DNA of 64,000 nucleotides. Source: Heterodontus francisci (taxonomy: Eukaryota). The notes beneath the pieces are model-generated. The model worked only from the letters and a program-made list of their open reading frames with translations. It made no database searches and was not told where the DNA came from. Positions 50,571-61,145 of the stretch are shown here, piece by piece; the first letter of the stretch is position 1; each line of letters begins with the position of its first letter. The DNA lies in the NCBI RefSeq assembly GCF_036365525.1, contig NC_090371.1:217675056-217739055 (forward strand), read 5' to 3'. A program made the translations under genes and the position numbers.

Positions 50571-50750
50571 CTGGCGGCATCTGTGGAGAGAGAAGTAAAG
50601 GTAACGTTTCAGGTCTGTGACCTTTCATCAGAACAGATCTGGAACATTAACTTTGCTTCTCTCGCCACAGATGCTGCCAGACCTGCTGAATATTTCCAGC
50701 ACTTTTTGGTTTTGTTTCAGATTTCCAGCATCTGCAGTATTTTGCTATTA
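50571..50750. mobile_element. Inverted pair of Penelope-like pLTR fragments with a hammerhead motif on the minus strand
   Basis: Minus 50601-50631 reads CTGATGA-AAGGTC-ACA-GACCT-GAAA-CGTT; 50571-50610 is complementary to 50641-50680; same repeat as 19124-19226. Confidence 0.75.
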
Positions 50751-53543
50751 CTTTGAATGGGTGTGGGTTACAAGTGCATTGCAATGTCTGCACCCATTTT
50801 TGGCAGTTATTAAATTTGGAGCCCTTACTACAGAATAGGGAACACTTAAAGCTAAATCGTGAGTTAAAATGAATTTTTGACTTGCATTTTTCTGCTTAAC
50901 CTGCGCATGCAAAACTACGGAGTTCAGGAAAATAATTGCTAATCTTTTTCCAGTCAATAATTTGTTCAAATTTGCTTTGAAAGCAGGTCAGAAAGTGAAA
51001 ATAAATAAAACATTTTATTGGTAATGATTGCAGGTTTGCTTTACCTCGGTGGCCTTTCCACTTAGCAGAACGCGATTAAAAGTGTATTGATGGAACTGGC
51101 TAGTAGGTGGTATTTCAAAATGTTTATTTAAAGGCCTTATCTCATTGATGTGCCGATGTTGCTAAGAAGCGCCCAGTTACCTGATGCTTTGTCAGCAGCT
51201 GCTGGCTATTTCCCAAATCAACTCGGAGATTCTACGGTACTTAGTTGTTTTGCATTACTAGAAAGATGATCGATTTTATGCATTCTTGTTGATGGTCCAG
51301 AGGGTGTTGGCTCCTGGTGGGGTTCAACACCTTAAGAATGTTATTTCATTTTAAAAGCTGTTATTGTGCCACAGTGCAATCGCCTGTTCATATTGCATGA
51401 GTTGAGTAAAGCACTCTGTTAAAACCTTTGCCTATGCTCGCAAGCTTTAATCAGTTGTTTATCCCCCTATTCCAGCAATGGAACCTTCTGGAGTCTGCAC
51501 TGCAACTATAAGAATAAATATATTCAGGATAAATAATAGTGACAGTTTGCAGATTTCAAAATGTTGCACTAATTTATGTTTTTACAGCAGTTGTTTGTGA
51601 CTGAGAGCTTGTTGTCACTTAATGTGTGACACGATTATCAGCCATCATTTGTGTCAGTTCTAGACGATGGAATCATAGAATAGTTCAGCACAGAAATAGT
51701 TTGTGCTGGTTCGTTCATAGAACAATCCATTTATTCCCACTCCCCTGCTCTTTCCACATATCCCTGCAATTATTTGTCTCCTTCAAGTAATTATCCGATT
51801 CCTTTTTCGAAGTCGACTATTGAATCTTACAAATCTTGGAGTCTTTCTATGAATGCAACACAACTATTTATAGCTATCAAAAGGTTCACAATGAAAGTAT
51901 CACTATCAAGTTAGCCTGAAATAAATGCAACTTGCAAGGTTCCCCCAAAAAGCTCTGCACCTGTATGTATGTCTCTTCCAGTTATTTAAAAAGTCTGCTT
52001 CAATTCCTGACACAGCCTTTTTGCTTCAGTTACTTTCTTTCTCGCTTGCCTCATCTTTCTTGCAATATTGGCCCTTGCTAACCTATTTGGGCCAATGGTG
52101 GAAGCATTCAGGTACCAAATTTGGTCCCACCCCCGATTCTCAAACATCAAAGCCCGCCTCCTGTCTTTTTCATAGAATGATACAGCACTGAAGGAAGCCA
52201 TTTGACCCAGCATGCCTGTGTTGGCTCTTTGAAAGAGCCATGCAATTATCCCTTTCCCCTAATCTTTCCCATAGTCCTACTAATGGAGGGAGTGAATTTT
52301 TAAACTCTTGCAGGAGAATTAGTTCCCTAAGATTTTCATATGTGGCCTCCATCTTTAGTGCCCATATCCAACAATCAAAATTAATTTGCGTTATCCTCTC
52401 AAATTCTATATAAGTCTGCCCAGACAATCTCCGGAAGTTCTGAAATTTCTGCCTGTGCGCTTCAGAGACTAACTCATATGTAGTAAGAATAGCTTTTTTT
52501 AACCATCTCATAATTTGCAGACGCCTCCTCAGAAAGCATGGCATAAACTTCATGAGCTCTGCACATCAACCTGCTTTGCACAAGCATTTTCCTTTGACCA
52601 CTTCATCTGTTTGGCTACCTTCTCAAAGGAAATGAAAAAATGTCTCTACTCCCCTTTCCTCAATCTCAGGAAGGGCTTGTACAAATTTAAACAACTCTCC
52701 ACTGGGTCCTGGGTTGGAGCCAGATCTTTCCTCACCAGAGCATTCCTTGGAGCCATGGCCACTCTTTTGTCTGAATTCCATCTTTTTTAATTCAAATTCC
52801 TTTCCTTCTCTTTCTCTCTTTCCCTTTCCTTTTCCTCAAGTTCAAGTTTCGTCATTGTCAATTCCCTTTCAAGTTCAAGTTTTTTTCAATTTTTTTCCTC
52901 CTTTTTCTGTTCAAGCTCAAGCTTCTTTATCTGTAACTGAATTTTAGCTCATTCAACTGCACTGCCCTCTGCTTTGTTTTCTTCCAATTGCAAATGTGTG
53001 CTATTACTTCAATTATGTCTGCTTTCTTAGCTCCTGGTTTTAACTCTAACACCAATAGATCTTCCAACTCCTTTAGTTTAACGTTGGTTAAGTGTCTCAA
53101 ATCACTCCTTCCCCAAAAAAGTCACAGCAACTGATAGAGACCTTCCTGTAGAGTAAACTTTAATCTACTGCACAGGAAACCTGTTTTTTTTTTCTTGTCC
53201 TTTTCTTCTTTTATTATTACCCCACTTACAATTGTACCTCATTGACATTGAGTTTATTCCACAAAGAGCCCCCAATTATATTATACAACCAAGGTGGGAG
53301 GAGTGCATTGTTTATTCTAGTTCCACTTCTCCACGGGTGACAACATATATTTAATTTTTTTCCCACTTACTAATACGGTCAATCATGGACTCTCTTTTTA
53401 TCCCAGAATAAAACACACCAACCAAGTTTCTTTAATAAACAACAAAATTATTAGTTTTTATAAAACAAGTCTTAACCAGTAATGAAGTAAAGCGTAAACA
53501 CAGATTGAAATTAAAGTTCCCTTTTTATCTTAGCCCTTCATAC

Positions 53544-53552
53544 TCTCTCTCC

Positions 53553-53619
<67 letters not shown>

Positions 53620-53630
53620 ATACACATACA
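53544..53630. repeat. Compound (CT)n(CA)n microsatellite inside the LTR
   Basis: Read directly from the sequence. Confidence 0.97.
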
Positions 53631-54403
53631 TTGGTGAACAAGAAAAATAAATGGATTTTTGTTTTTTGAGCTCTATTACAGACAAAGAAAAAACACTTGG
53701 GCAGAATACTTGCTCATTCTTGAAGAAACGGCAGATGAGATATGTTTTGTTCCAAACTGGAATACAGTCTGGCCTCCAAGTACACACAGACTGGTCACTG
53801 GGATCTTTTAGAACAGTTCTTTTCAGGTGATGTTGAGAATTAATTGAACAGGCTTTTCTTCAAAGACAGGAGACAAGATGAGTTGACATAGAGGACTTCT
53901 CAGGGTGTTTTAGAGAGGTACTGGAAAGCTGAGCTGGGTTGTGGTATTCTCTCCTTCCTTGGGAATTCTCTTCTCTCCTTGGAAGTTCTCTCCCTTTTTG
54001 TACAGTTCAACCCCAACTCAAAAGTAAAACCGACAACAGGAGGTCAATCTTTTGACCTCCAACAATCTTGACCCTCACTTCTTTTCCAACAACTTCTCCC
54101 AGGTGTCCAAAGTTTTCTGTTGTTTATTGAGATGGAAGTGAGGTGGTTTCCATAGAACCATAGAACAATTATGGGACAGAAGGAGGCCATTCAGCCCATT
54201 GTGTCTGTGTTAACTGAAAAACTAGCCACCCAATCTCATCCCACTTCCAGCACCTGGTCCGTACCAGGTTACAACACTTCAGGTGCATGTCCAGGTACCT
54301 TTTAAATGAGCTGAGGGTTTCGACCTCCACCACCATACCTGGCAGTGAATTCCAGCCACCCACCACTCTCTGGGTGAAAATGTTTTTCCTCATGTACCCT
54401 CTA

Positions 54404-55556
54404 ATCAAGGCAGCATTTGACCGAATATGGCATCAAGGAGCGCTAGCAAAACTGGAGTCAATGAGAATCGGGGAAAACTCTCCACTGGTTGAAGTCATAC
54501 ATAGCGCAAAGGAAGATGGTTGTGGTTGTTGGAGGTCAATCATCTCAGCTCCAGGACATTACTGCAGGAGTTCCTCAGGGTAGTGTCCTAAGCCCTACCA
54601 TCTTCAGCTGCTTCATCAATGACCTTCCTTCAGTCATAAGGTCAGAAGTGGGGATGTTCGCTGATGATTGCACAATGTTCAGCACCATTCAGGACTCCTC
54701 CGATATTGAAGCAGTCAGTGTAGAAATGCAGCAAGACCTGGACAATATCCAGGCTTGGGCTGATAAGTGGCAAGTAACATTCATGCCACACAAGTGCCAG
54801 GCAATGACCATCTCCAACAAAAGAGAATCTAACCATCTCCCCTTGACATTCAATGGCATTACAATTGCTGAATCCCCCACTATCAACATCCTGGGGGTTA
54901 CCATTGACCAGAAGCTGAACTGCAGTTCCCATATAAATACCGTGGCTACAAGAGCAGGTCAGAGGCTAGGAATCCTGCAGTGAGTAACTCACCTCCTGGC
55001 TCCCCAAAGCCTGTCCATCATCTACAAGGCACAAGTCAGGAGTGTGATGGAGTACTCTCTACTTGCCTGGATGGGTGCAGCTCCAACAACACTCATGAAG
55101 CTCGACACCATCTGGGACAAAGCAGCCCGCTTTATTGGCACCCCATCCACAAACATTCACTCCCTCCACCACCGACGCACAGCGGCAGCAGTGTGTACCA
55201 TCTACAAGATGCACTGCAGCAACGCACCAAGGCTCCTTAGACAGCACCTTCCAAACTTGCGACCTCTGTCACCTAGAAGGACAAGGGTAGCAGTTGCATG
55301 GGAACACCACCAACTGCAAGTTCCCCTCCAAGCCACACACCATCCTGACTTGGAACTATTTCGCCGTTGCTTTAGTGTCGCTGGGTCAAAATCCTGTAGC
55401 TCCTTTCCTAACAGCACTGTGGGTGTACCTACCTCACATGGACTGCAGTGGTTTAAGAAGGCAGCTCATCACCACCTTCTCCAGGGCAATTAGGGATGGG
55501 CAATAACTGCTGGTCTAGCCAGTGCTGCCCACATCCCATGCATGAATTTTAAAAAA
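54404..55556 (+). mobile_element. LINE family A 3' fragment nested in the CR1
   Basis: ORF 54489-54983 (GVPQGSVLSP, MFADD); family A tail; AATC at both junctions. Confidence 0.92.
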
Positions 55557-55913
55557 ATCCTTCTACCAATCACCTTAAATCTGTGCCCCCGGTAATTGAC
55601 CTCTCCGCGAGGGGAAACTTCCTACCTACTCTTTCTAGGCCTCTTATAATTTTGTACACTTCATTTAAGTCTCTCCTCAGCCTCCTTTGTTCTAAGGAAA
55701 ACAACCCTAGCCGATCCAATCTTTCCTCATAGCTGCAACTTTCAAGCCATGGTAACATACTTGTAAATCACCTCTGTACTCTCTCCAGAGCAATTATGTC
55801 CTTCCTGTAATGTGGTGACCAGAACTGTACGCAATACTCAAGCTGTGGCCTAACCAGTGTTTTACACAGTTCCAACATTACATCCTTGCTTTTGTATTCT
55901 ATACTTTTGCCAA

Positions 55914-57710
55914 TTCTTCTTTGGGCCTCCTTATCTCGAGAGACAATGGATACGCGCCTGGAGGTGGTCAGTGGTTTGTGAAGCAGCGCCTGGAGTGGCT
56001 ATAAAGGCCAATTCTGGAGTGACAGGCTCTTCCACAGGTGCTGCAGAGAAATTTGTTTGTTGGGGCTGTTGCACAGTTGGCTCTCCCCTTGCGCCTCTGT
56101 CTTTTTTCCTGCCAACTACTAAGTCTCTTCGACTCGCCACAATTTAGCCCTGTCTTTATGGCTGCCCGCCAGCTCTGGCGAATGCTGGCAACTGACTCCC
56201 ACGACTTGTGATCAATGTCACACGATTTCATGTCGCGTTTGCAGATGTCTTTATAACGGAGACATGGACGGCCGGTGGGTCTGATACCAGTGGCGAGCTC
56301 GCTGTACAATGTGTCTTTGGGGATCCTGCCATCTTCCATGCGGCTCACATGGCCAAGCCATCTCAAGCGCCGCTGACTCAGTAGTGTGTATAAGCTGGGG
56401 GTGTTGGCCGCTTCAAGGACTTCTGTGTTGGAGATATAGTCCTGCCACCTGATGCCAAGTATTCTCCGAAGGCAGCGAAGATGGAATGAATTGAGACGTC
56501 GCTCTTGGCTGGCATACGTTGTCCAGGCCTCGCTGCCGTAGAGCAAGGTACTGAGGACACAGGCCTGATACACTCGGACTTTTGTGTTCCGTGTCAGTGC
56601 GCCATTTTCCCACACTCTCTTGGCCAGTCTGGACATAGCAGTGGAAGCCTTACCCATGCGCTTGTTGATTTCTGCATCTAGAGACAGGTTACTGGTGATA
56701 GTTGAGCCTAGGTAGGTGAACTCTTGAACCACTTCCAGAGCGTGGTCGCCAATATTGATGGATGGAGCATTTCTGACATCCTGCCCCATGATGTTCGTTT
56801 TCTTGAGGCTGATGGTTAGGCCAAATTCATTGCAGGCAGACGCAAACCTGTCGATGAGACTCTGCAGGCATTCTTCAGTGTGAGATGTTAAAGCAGCATC
56901 GTCAGCAAAGAGGAGTTCTCTGATGAGGACTTTCCGTACTTTGGACTTCGCTCTTAGACGGGCAAGGTTGAACAACCTGCCCCCTGATCTTGTGTGGAGG
57001 AAAATTCCTTCTTCAGAGGATTTGAACGCATGTGAAAGCAGCAGGGAGAAGAAAATCCCAAAAAAGTGTGGGTGCGAGAACACAGCCCTGTTTCACACCA
57101 CTCAGGATAGGAAAGGGCTCTGATGAGGAGCCACCATGTTGAATTGTGCCTTTCATATTGTCATGGAATGAGGTGATGATACTTAGTAGCTTTGGTGGAC
57201 ATCCGATCTTTTCTAGTAGTCTGAAGAGACCACGTCTGCTGACGAGGTCAAAGGCTTTGGTGAGATCAATGAAAGCAATGTAGAGGGGCATCTGTTGTTC
57301 ACGGCATTTCTCCTGTATCTGACGAAGGGAGAACAGCATGTCAATAGTCGATCTCTCTGCACGAAAGCCACACTGTGCCTCAGGGTAGACGCGCTCGGCC
57401 AGCTTCTGGAGCCTGTTCAGAGCGACTCGAGCAAAGACTTTCCCCACTATGCTGAGCAGGGAGATTCCACGGTAGTTGTTGCAGTCACCGCGGTCACCTT
57501 TGTTTTTATAGAGGGTGATGATGTTGGCATCGCGCATGTCCTGGGGTACTGCTCCCTCGTCCCAGCACAGGCATAGCAGTTCATGTAGTGCTGAGAGTAT
57601 AGCAGGCTTGGCACTCTTGATTATTTCAGGGGTAATGCTGTCCTTCCCAGGGGCTTTTCCGCTGGCTAGGGAATCAATGGCATCACTGAGTTCCGATTTG
57701 GTTGGCTGTA
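55914..57710 (-). mobile_element. Young RTE (BovB-like) LINE, 5'-truncated
   Basis: ORFs 57013-57537 and 55968-57083 (GVKQGCVLAP, LFADD, RRLRWLGHV, C-terminal CSTC..H..H); (GAA)n tail; AAT at both junctions. Confidence 0.95.
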
Positions 57711-58304
57711 AATAAAGGAAAGCATTCCATATGCCTTCTTCACCACTTTATCTACCTGTCCTGCCATCTTCAGGGACCTGTGGACATGTACTCCAAGGTA
57801 TCTCACTTCTTCTCCCCCTCTCAATATCCTTCTGTTTATTGTGTATTCCCTCACTTTGTTTGCCCTCCCCAAATGCATTACCTCACACTTCTCTGGATTG
57901 AATTCCAATTGCCACTTTTCCATCCACTCAATCAAACCATTGATAGCATTCTGAGTCTACATTTATCCTCTCCACTATCAACTACACGGCAAATTTTTGT
58001 GTCATCAGCAAATTTCCCAATCATGCCTCCCACATTTAAGTCCAGTTCATTAATATATACCACAAACAGCCAGAAAGGCTTGTTGTTGTTGCTGGAAGTC
58101 AGGTGCTTTCCTGGAAAGGCTTGTTTACCTCACAAGACCTCTCAGTGCCCCTTTTAAAAAACATTTCCAGGGACTGTTTTTCAAAGTCAAGTGGCCTTTG
58201 CATGACCCCCTTTGAAAATACTAAAGTTTAATATTTCTTCAATCTTTCAAAAATGAATCCTCACAAAATATATTTAAACAAAACACAGAGGCACTTCCAT
58301 AACA

Positions 58305-59351
58305 ATATGGATGGGAGAATTTAGAAATCATTGAACACTTCTCATATCTCGGCAGCTACCTTTCTCAAAAGGTCACCATTGAAGTGGAGATCCAGCACAG
58401 AATCAGCTGTGCTAGCACAGCCTTCCGAAAATTGTGCAACTAGGTCTTCGACGTCGACAACAAAGATCTCCAAAAGAGGACAAAGGCTTTAGTTTACAAT
58501 GCTGTTGTTGTTACTACCCTTCCATATGGCAGTGAATCATCTACAAAATGTCAGAGAAACTTCCACGCCTGTTTGTGGAGAAGACACTAAGACTTGAATG
58601 CTTTGGTGGAGACTGTTTATTGTTTGCCACAGAGTTTACTTCTCCACTCCTAACACACTCCAGCCAGTGCTGGCAGGCTCATTATATATACATCTTAGTA
58701 CAATTAACTAATCAACACCCAAAACCTGTTCACCCTGTTACCTTCAGCTACTAGGTATTTAACATCCATTAACAGAATTTATTAGACACTAACACCAAAG
58801 GCATCTCAGGGTGCTGGAGAATTTCCATCAGCGGTGTTTCCGCAGGATATTCAAAGTCAAGTGGGAAGATAGACGAACAAACTCCAGCATGATCACTGAA
58901 GCCAATTCCTCCAGCATCACATCCATGATTATGCAAAAACAGCTCTGCTGCTCTGGACACTGTATCCGCATGCCAAATAATCAGCTTCCAAAGCAGATCC
59001 TCTTCTCATAACTTCAGGATAGCACCTGATCTTAAGGAGGACAGGGAAATTGTTTTAAGGACACTGAAGGCCTCATTGAAAAGGGGACAAATTGACATTG
59101 GTGCGTGGGAGGAACTTGCCATAAACCATACCATGTGGCAGCGCCTCATCCAACAAGCCACAACACAGTTAGAAACTGACCACATAAACTCTGCTGTGGA
59201 GAAATGACAAAAGTGGAAGGAGAGAGGGCAACTCCTACCCTCTCTGCACAAAGACCTGTGACTCCAGGACTGGCCTGTTGAGTCACCTGAGGACACACAA
59301 ATCATGAAGCCTGGCAGACGTCATCCCATTTCAAGGAACTGACAACAACAA
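58305..59351 (+). mobile_element. Old RTE-clade LINE 3' fragment
   Basis: EHFSYLGS, FHQRCFRRIFKVKWEDRRTN, GHCIRMPNNQLPKQILF; (CAA)n end. Confidence 0.8.
58549..58794 (-). mobile_element. 246-bp solo LTR inserted in the old RTE
   Basis: TGTCAG...CTAACA termini; 5-bp TSD CAAAA/CCAAA; TATATA and AATAAA on the minus strand; removal restores IYQRHL. Confidence 0.75.
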
Positions 59352-59355
59352 TTCA

Positions 59356-59890
59356 GTGATGAGTAACTCACCACCTGACTCCCCAACTCTTTCCACCATT
59401 TACAAGGCACAAAACAGGAGTGTGATACAATATTCCCCACTTGCCTGGATGGGTGCAGCTCCAACAACATTTACGAAGCTCGACACCAACTAGGTTAAAA
59501 CAATTCCTTTATTGTCACCCCAACCACCACCTTAAACATTCACTCCCTCCACCACCGCTGAACCATGGCTGCAGCGTACAGCACCTTCTAAACCTGCGAT
59601 CTCTACCACCTAGAGGAACAAGGGCAGCAGGTACAGTGGAACACCACTACTTGCAAGTTCCCCTCCAAGTCGCACACCATTCGGACTTGGAAATATATCG
59701 CCATTCCTTCACTGTCGCTGGGTAAAAACCTGGAACTCCCTTCCTGACAGCACTGTGGGTGTACGTGCACCAGGTAGAGTGCACCAGTTCAAGAAGGTGG
59801 CTCACCACCACCTTCTCCAGGCCAATTATGGATGGCCAATAAATGCTGGCCTTGCCAGCAACTCCCACATCCCATGAACAAATTAAAAAA
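59356..59890 (+). mobile_element. Older LINE family A 3' fragment
   Basis: Colinear with 54980-55550; tail CCCACATCCCATGAACAAATTAAAAAA. Confidence 0.85.
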
Positions 59891-59899
59891 GAAAGGACT

Positions 59900-60440
59900 T
59901 TTCTCCTCTATCTTTTTAACATTCTTTGTTGGTCTATCGTATGAACCCAGCAGTGTAATAGCTCCTCTATTGCTCCATAATTCTTATTAAATATATTCTG
60001 TCATTGAATCCTCAAGGACATCATCCCTTTTAAGTGCTGCAGCAGTATATTTGATCAATACTGCCAAGCGTCCTCCCCCCCCCCCACGCCTTTTTCCTTC
60101 CCTATCTGCCCTGAATTCATTATAACCAAGAATATAAATTGCCCTTTCCTCCCATTTGACCCATTTCTACTGCCATATCATAATCCCAAATGACTCCTTT
60201 TGCCTGCATCTCACCAACCTTTTTTATTATGCTCTGTGCTTGTATGCACGTGCACTCCAAATCCATGTTCATCTGCCTTGCATTTGCCCCCAGTCTGATC
60301 CCTCCTATTTCTGAGCTACTCTTTATTCTCATGCTATTTGGCTTTTCCTGTTCTCTGTGCACCTAGTATCTCCTCTCTCATGCTTCATCCTACTGTCACC
60401 TCCGCCCTGCCAAATTAGTTTAAACCGTCCCTCACAGGTA
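59900..60440 (-). mobile_element. Old CR1 ORF1/ORF2 junction remnant
   Basis: GGTTTAAACTAATTTGGCAGGG junction motif, then AQSIIKKVGEM..YDMAVE endonuclease start. Confidence 0.6.
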
Positions 60441-60454
60441 CTAGATACAAGTAC

Positions 60455-60695
60455 AGTCACATAGTAGTTATGTTACTGGAGTAGTAATCGATTGGGTTAT
60501 TAATGATCTGGAGACATGAGTTCAAATCTCACCATGGCACTGTGGAAATTTAAATTCAGTGAATTAAGTAAATCTGGAATAAAAAGTTAGTATTGGCAAT
60601 GGTAGCCTCGAAACTATTGGATTGTCATAAAAGTAAATCAGGTTCACTATTGTCCATTAGGGAAGGAAATTTGCCATCGTTACAAGGTCTGGCTG
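60455..60695 (+). mobile_element. tRNA-headed SINE-like 5' fragment whose body matches the 5' UTR of LINE family A
   Basis: B-box-like GAGTTCAAATC near 60518; body GGTTCACTATTGTCCATTAGGGAAGGAAAT matches minus 16540-16570; short head stub also at 49117-49165. Confidence 0.7.
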
Positions 60696-60879
60696 ATTTG
60701 CTAACTAATCCTCAGTGTGCTAAAAATTATGCAGACAACCAATTTAAGATTGTCAGTAGGGCCCACAGTGTGGTGCATTTGCGCGTACTGCAAGCTACAT
60801 ATATTAATACACAGGGCCCTGTTTCTTTGCAAACAGAAAGAACATGTACAGACATTGCACCTGTTTCAGCTGAATAAAA

Positions 60880-61145
60880 TAAGTGACGGCCATTCGTGGT
60901 TCATTTTTCAGGGCAATGCCTGGTTTTAATTTCAAACAAAGCTTGGCAGTTAACTGTCAGTCACTGTAAACTGGTGCATTCTGCATGGTAACGCCGCTAC
61001 CAATCAGAGTTCACTTGCCAACCAATCAGCACTCTCTTCTCATGTAGTATAAGTTGTTGTTTTTCCTTACATTGGTTATTCTTGCGAATTGTCCTGATGA
61101 GCGCAAGATGAAAAGCTTCGACAACATGTCTCTATTTTCAGCAAT
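60880..61145 (+). mobile_element. Penelope-like pLTR / retrozyme-like unit
   Basis: Two CCAATCAG boxes (61000, 61022), TATAA (61048), then a hammerhead motif. Confidence 0.6.
61080..61124 (+). ncRNA. Minimal type I hammerhead ribozyme with pseudoknot
   Basis: Helix I TTGTC/GACAA; core CTGATGA (61094-61100) and GAAA (61110-61113); palindromic AAGCTT helix III; UUC site; loop II CGCAAGA complementary to upstream TCTTGCG. Confidence 0.8.

Larger units (their letters stand above)
54150..58069 (-). mobile_element. CR1 LINE in three pieces (54150-54403, 55557-55913, 57711-58069)
   Basis: ORFs 54169-54408, 55570-55758 and 57666-57935 join colinearly once the inserts are removed. Confidence 0.88.
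52275..58304 (-). mobile_element. Second SCAN-Gag Gypsy lineage: truncated gag, PBS and a 5' LTR (53279-54149 and 58070-58304) split by nested LINEs
   Basis: YELVSEAHRQKFQNFRR..YENLRELILLQEFKNSLP; PBS TGGGGGCTC (tRNA-Pro-like) at 53266-53274; LTR termini T(A)TTAT...ATAACA. Confidence 0.75.
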
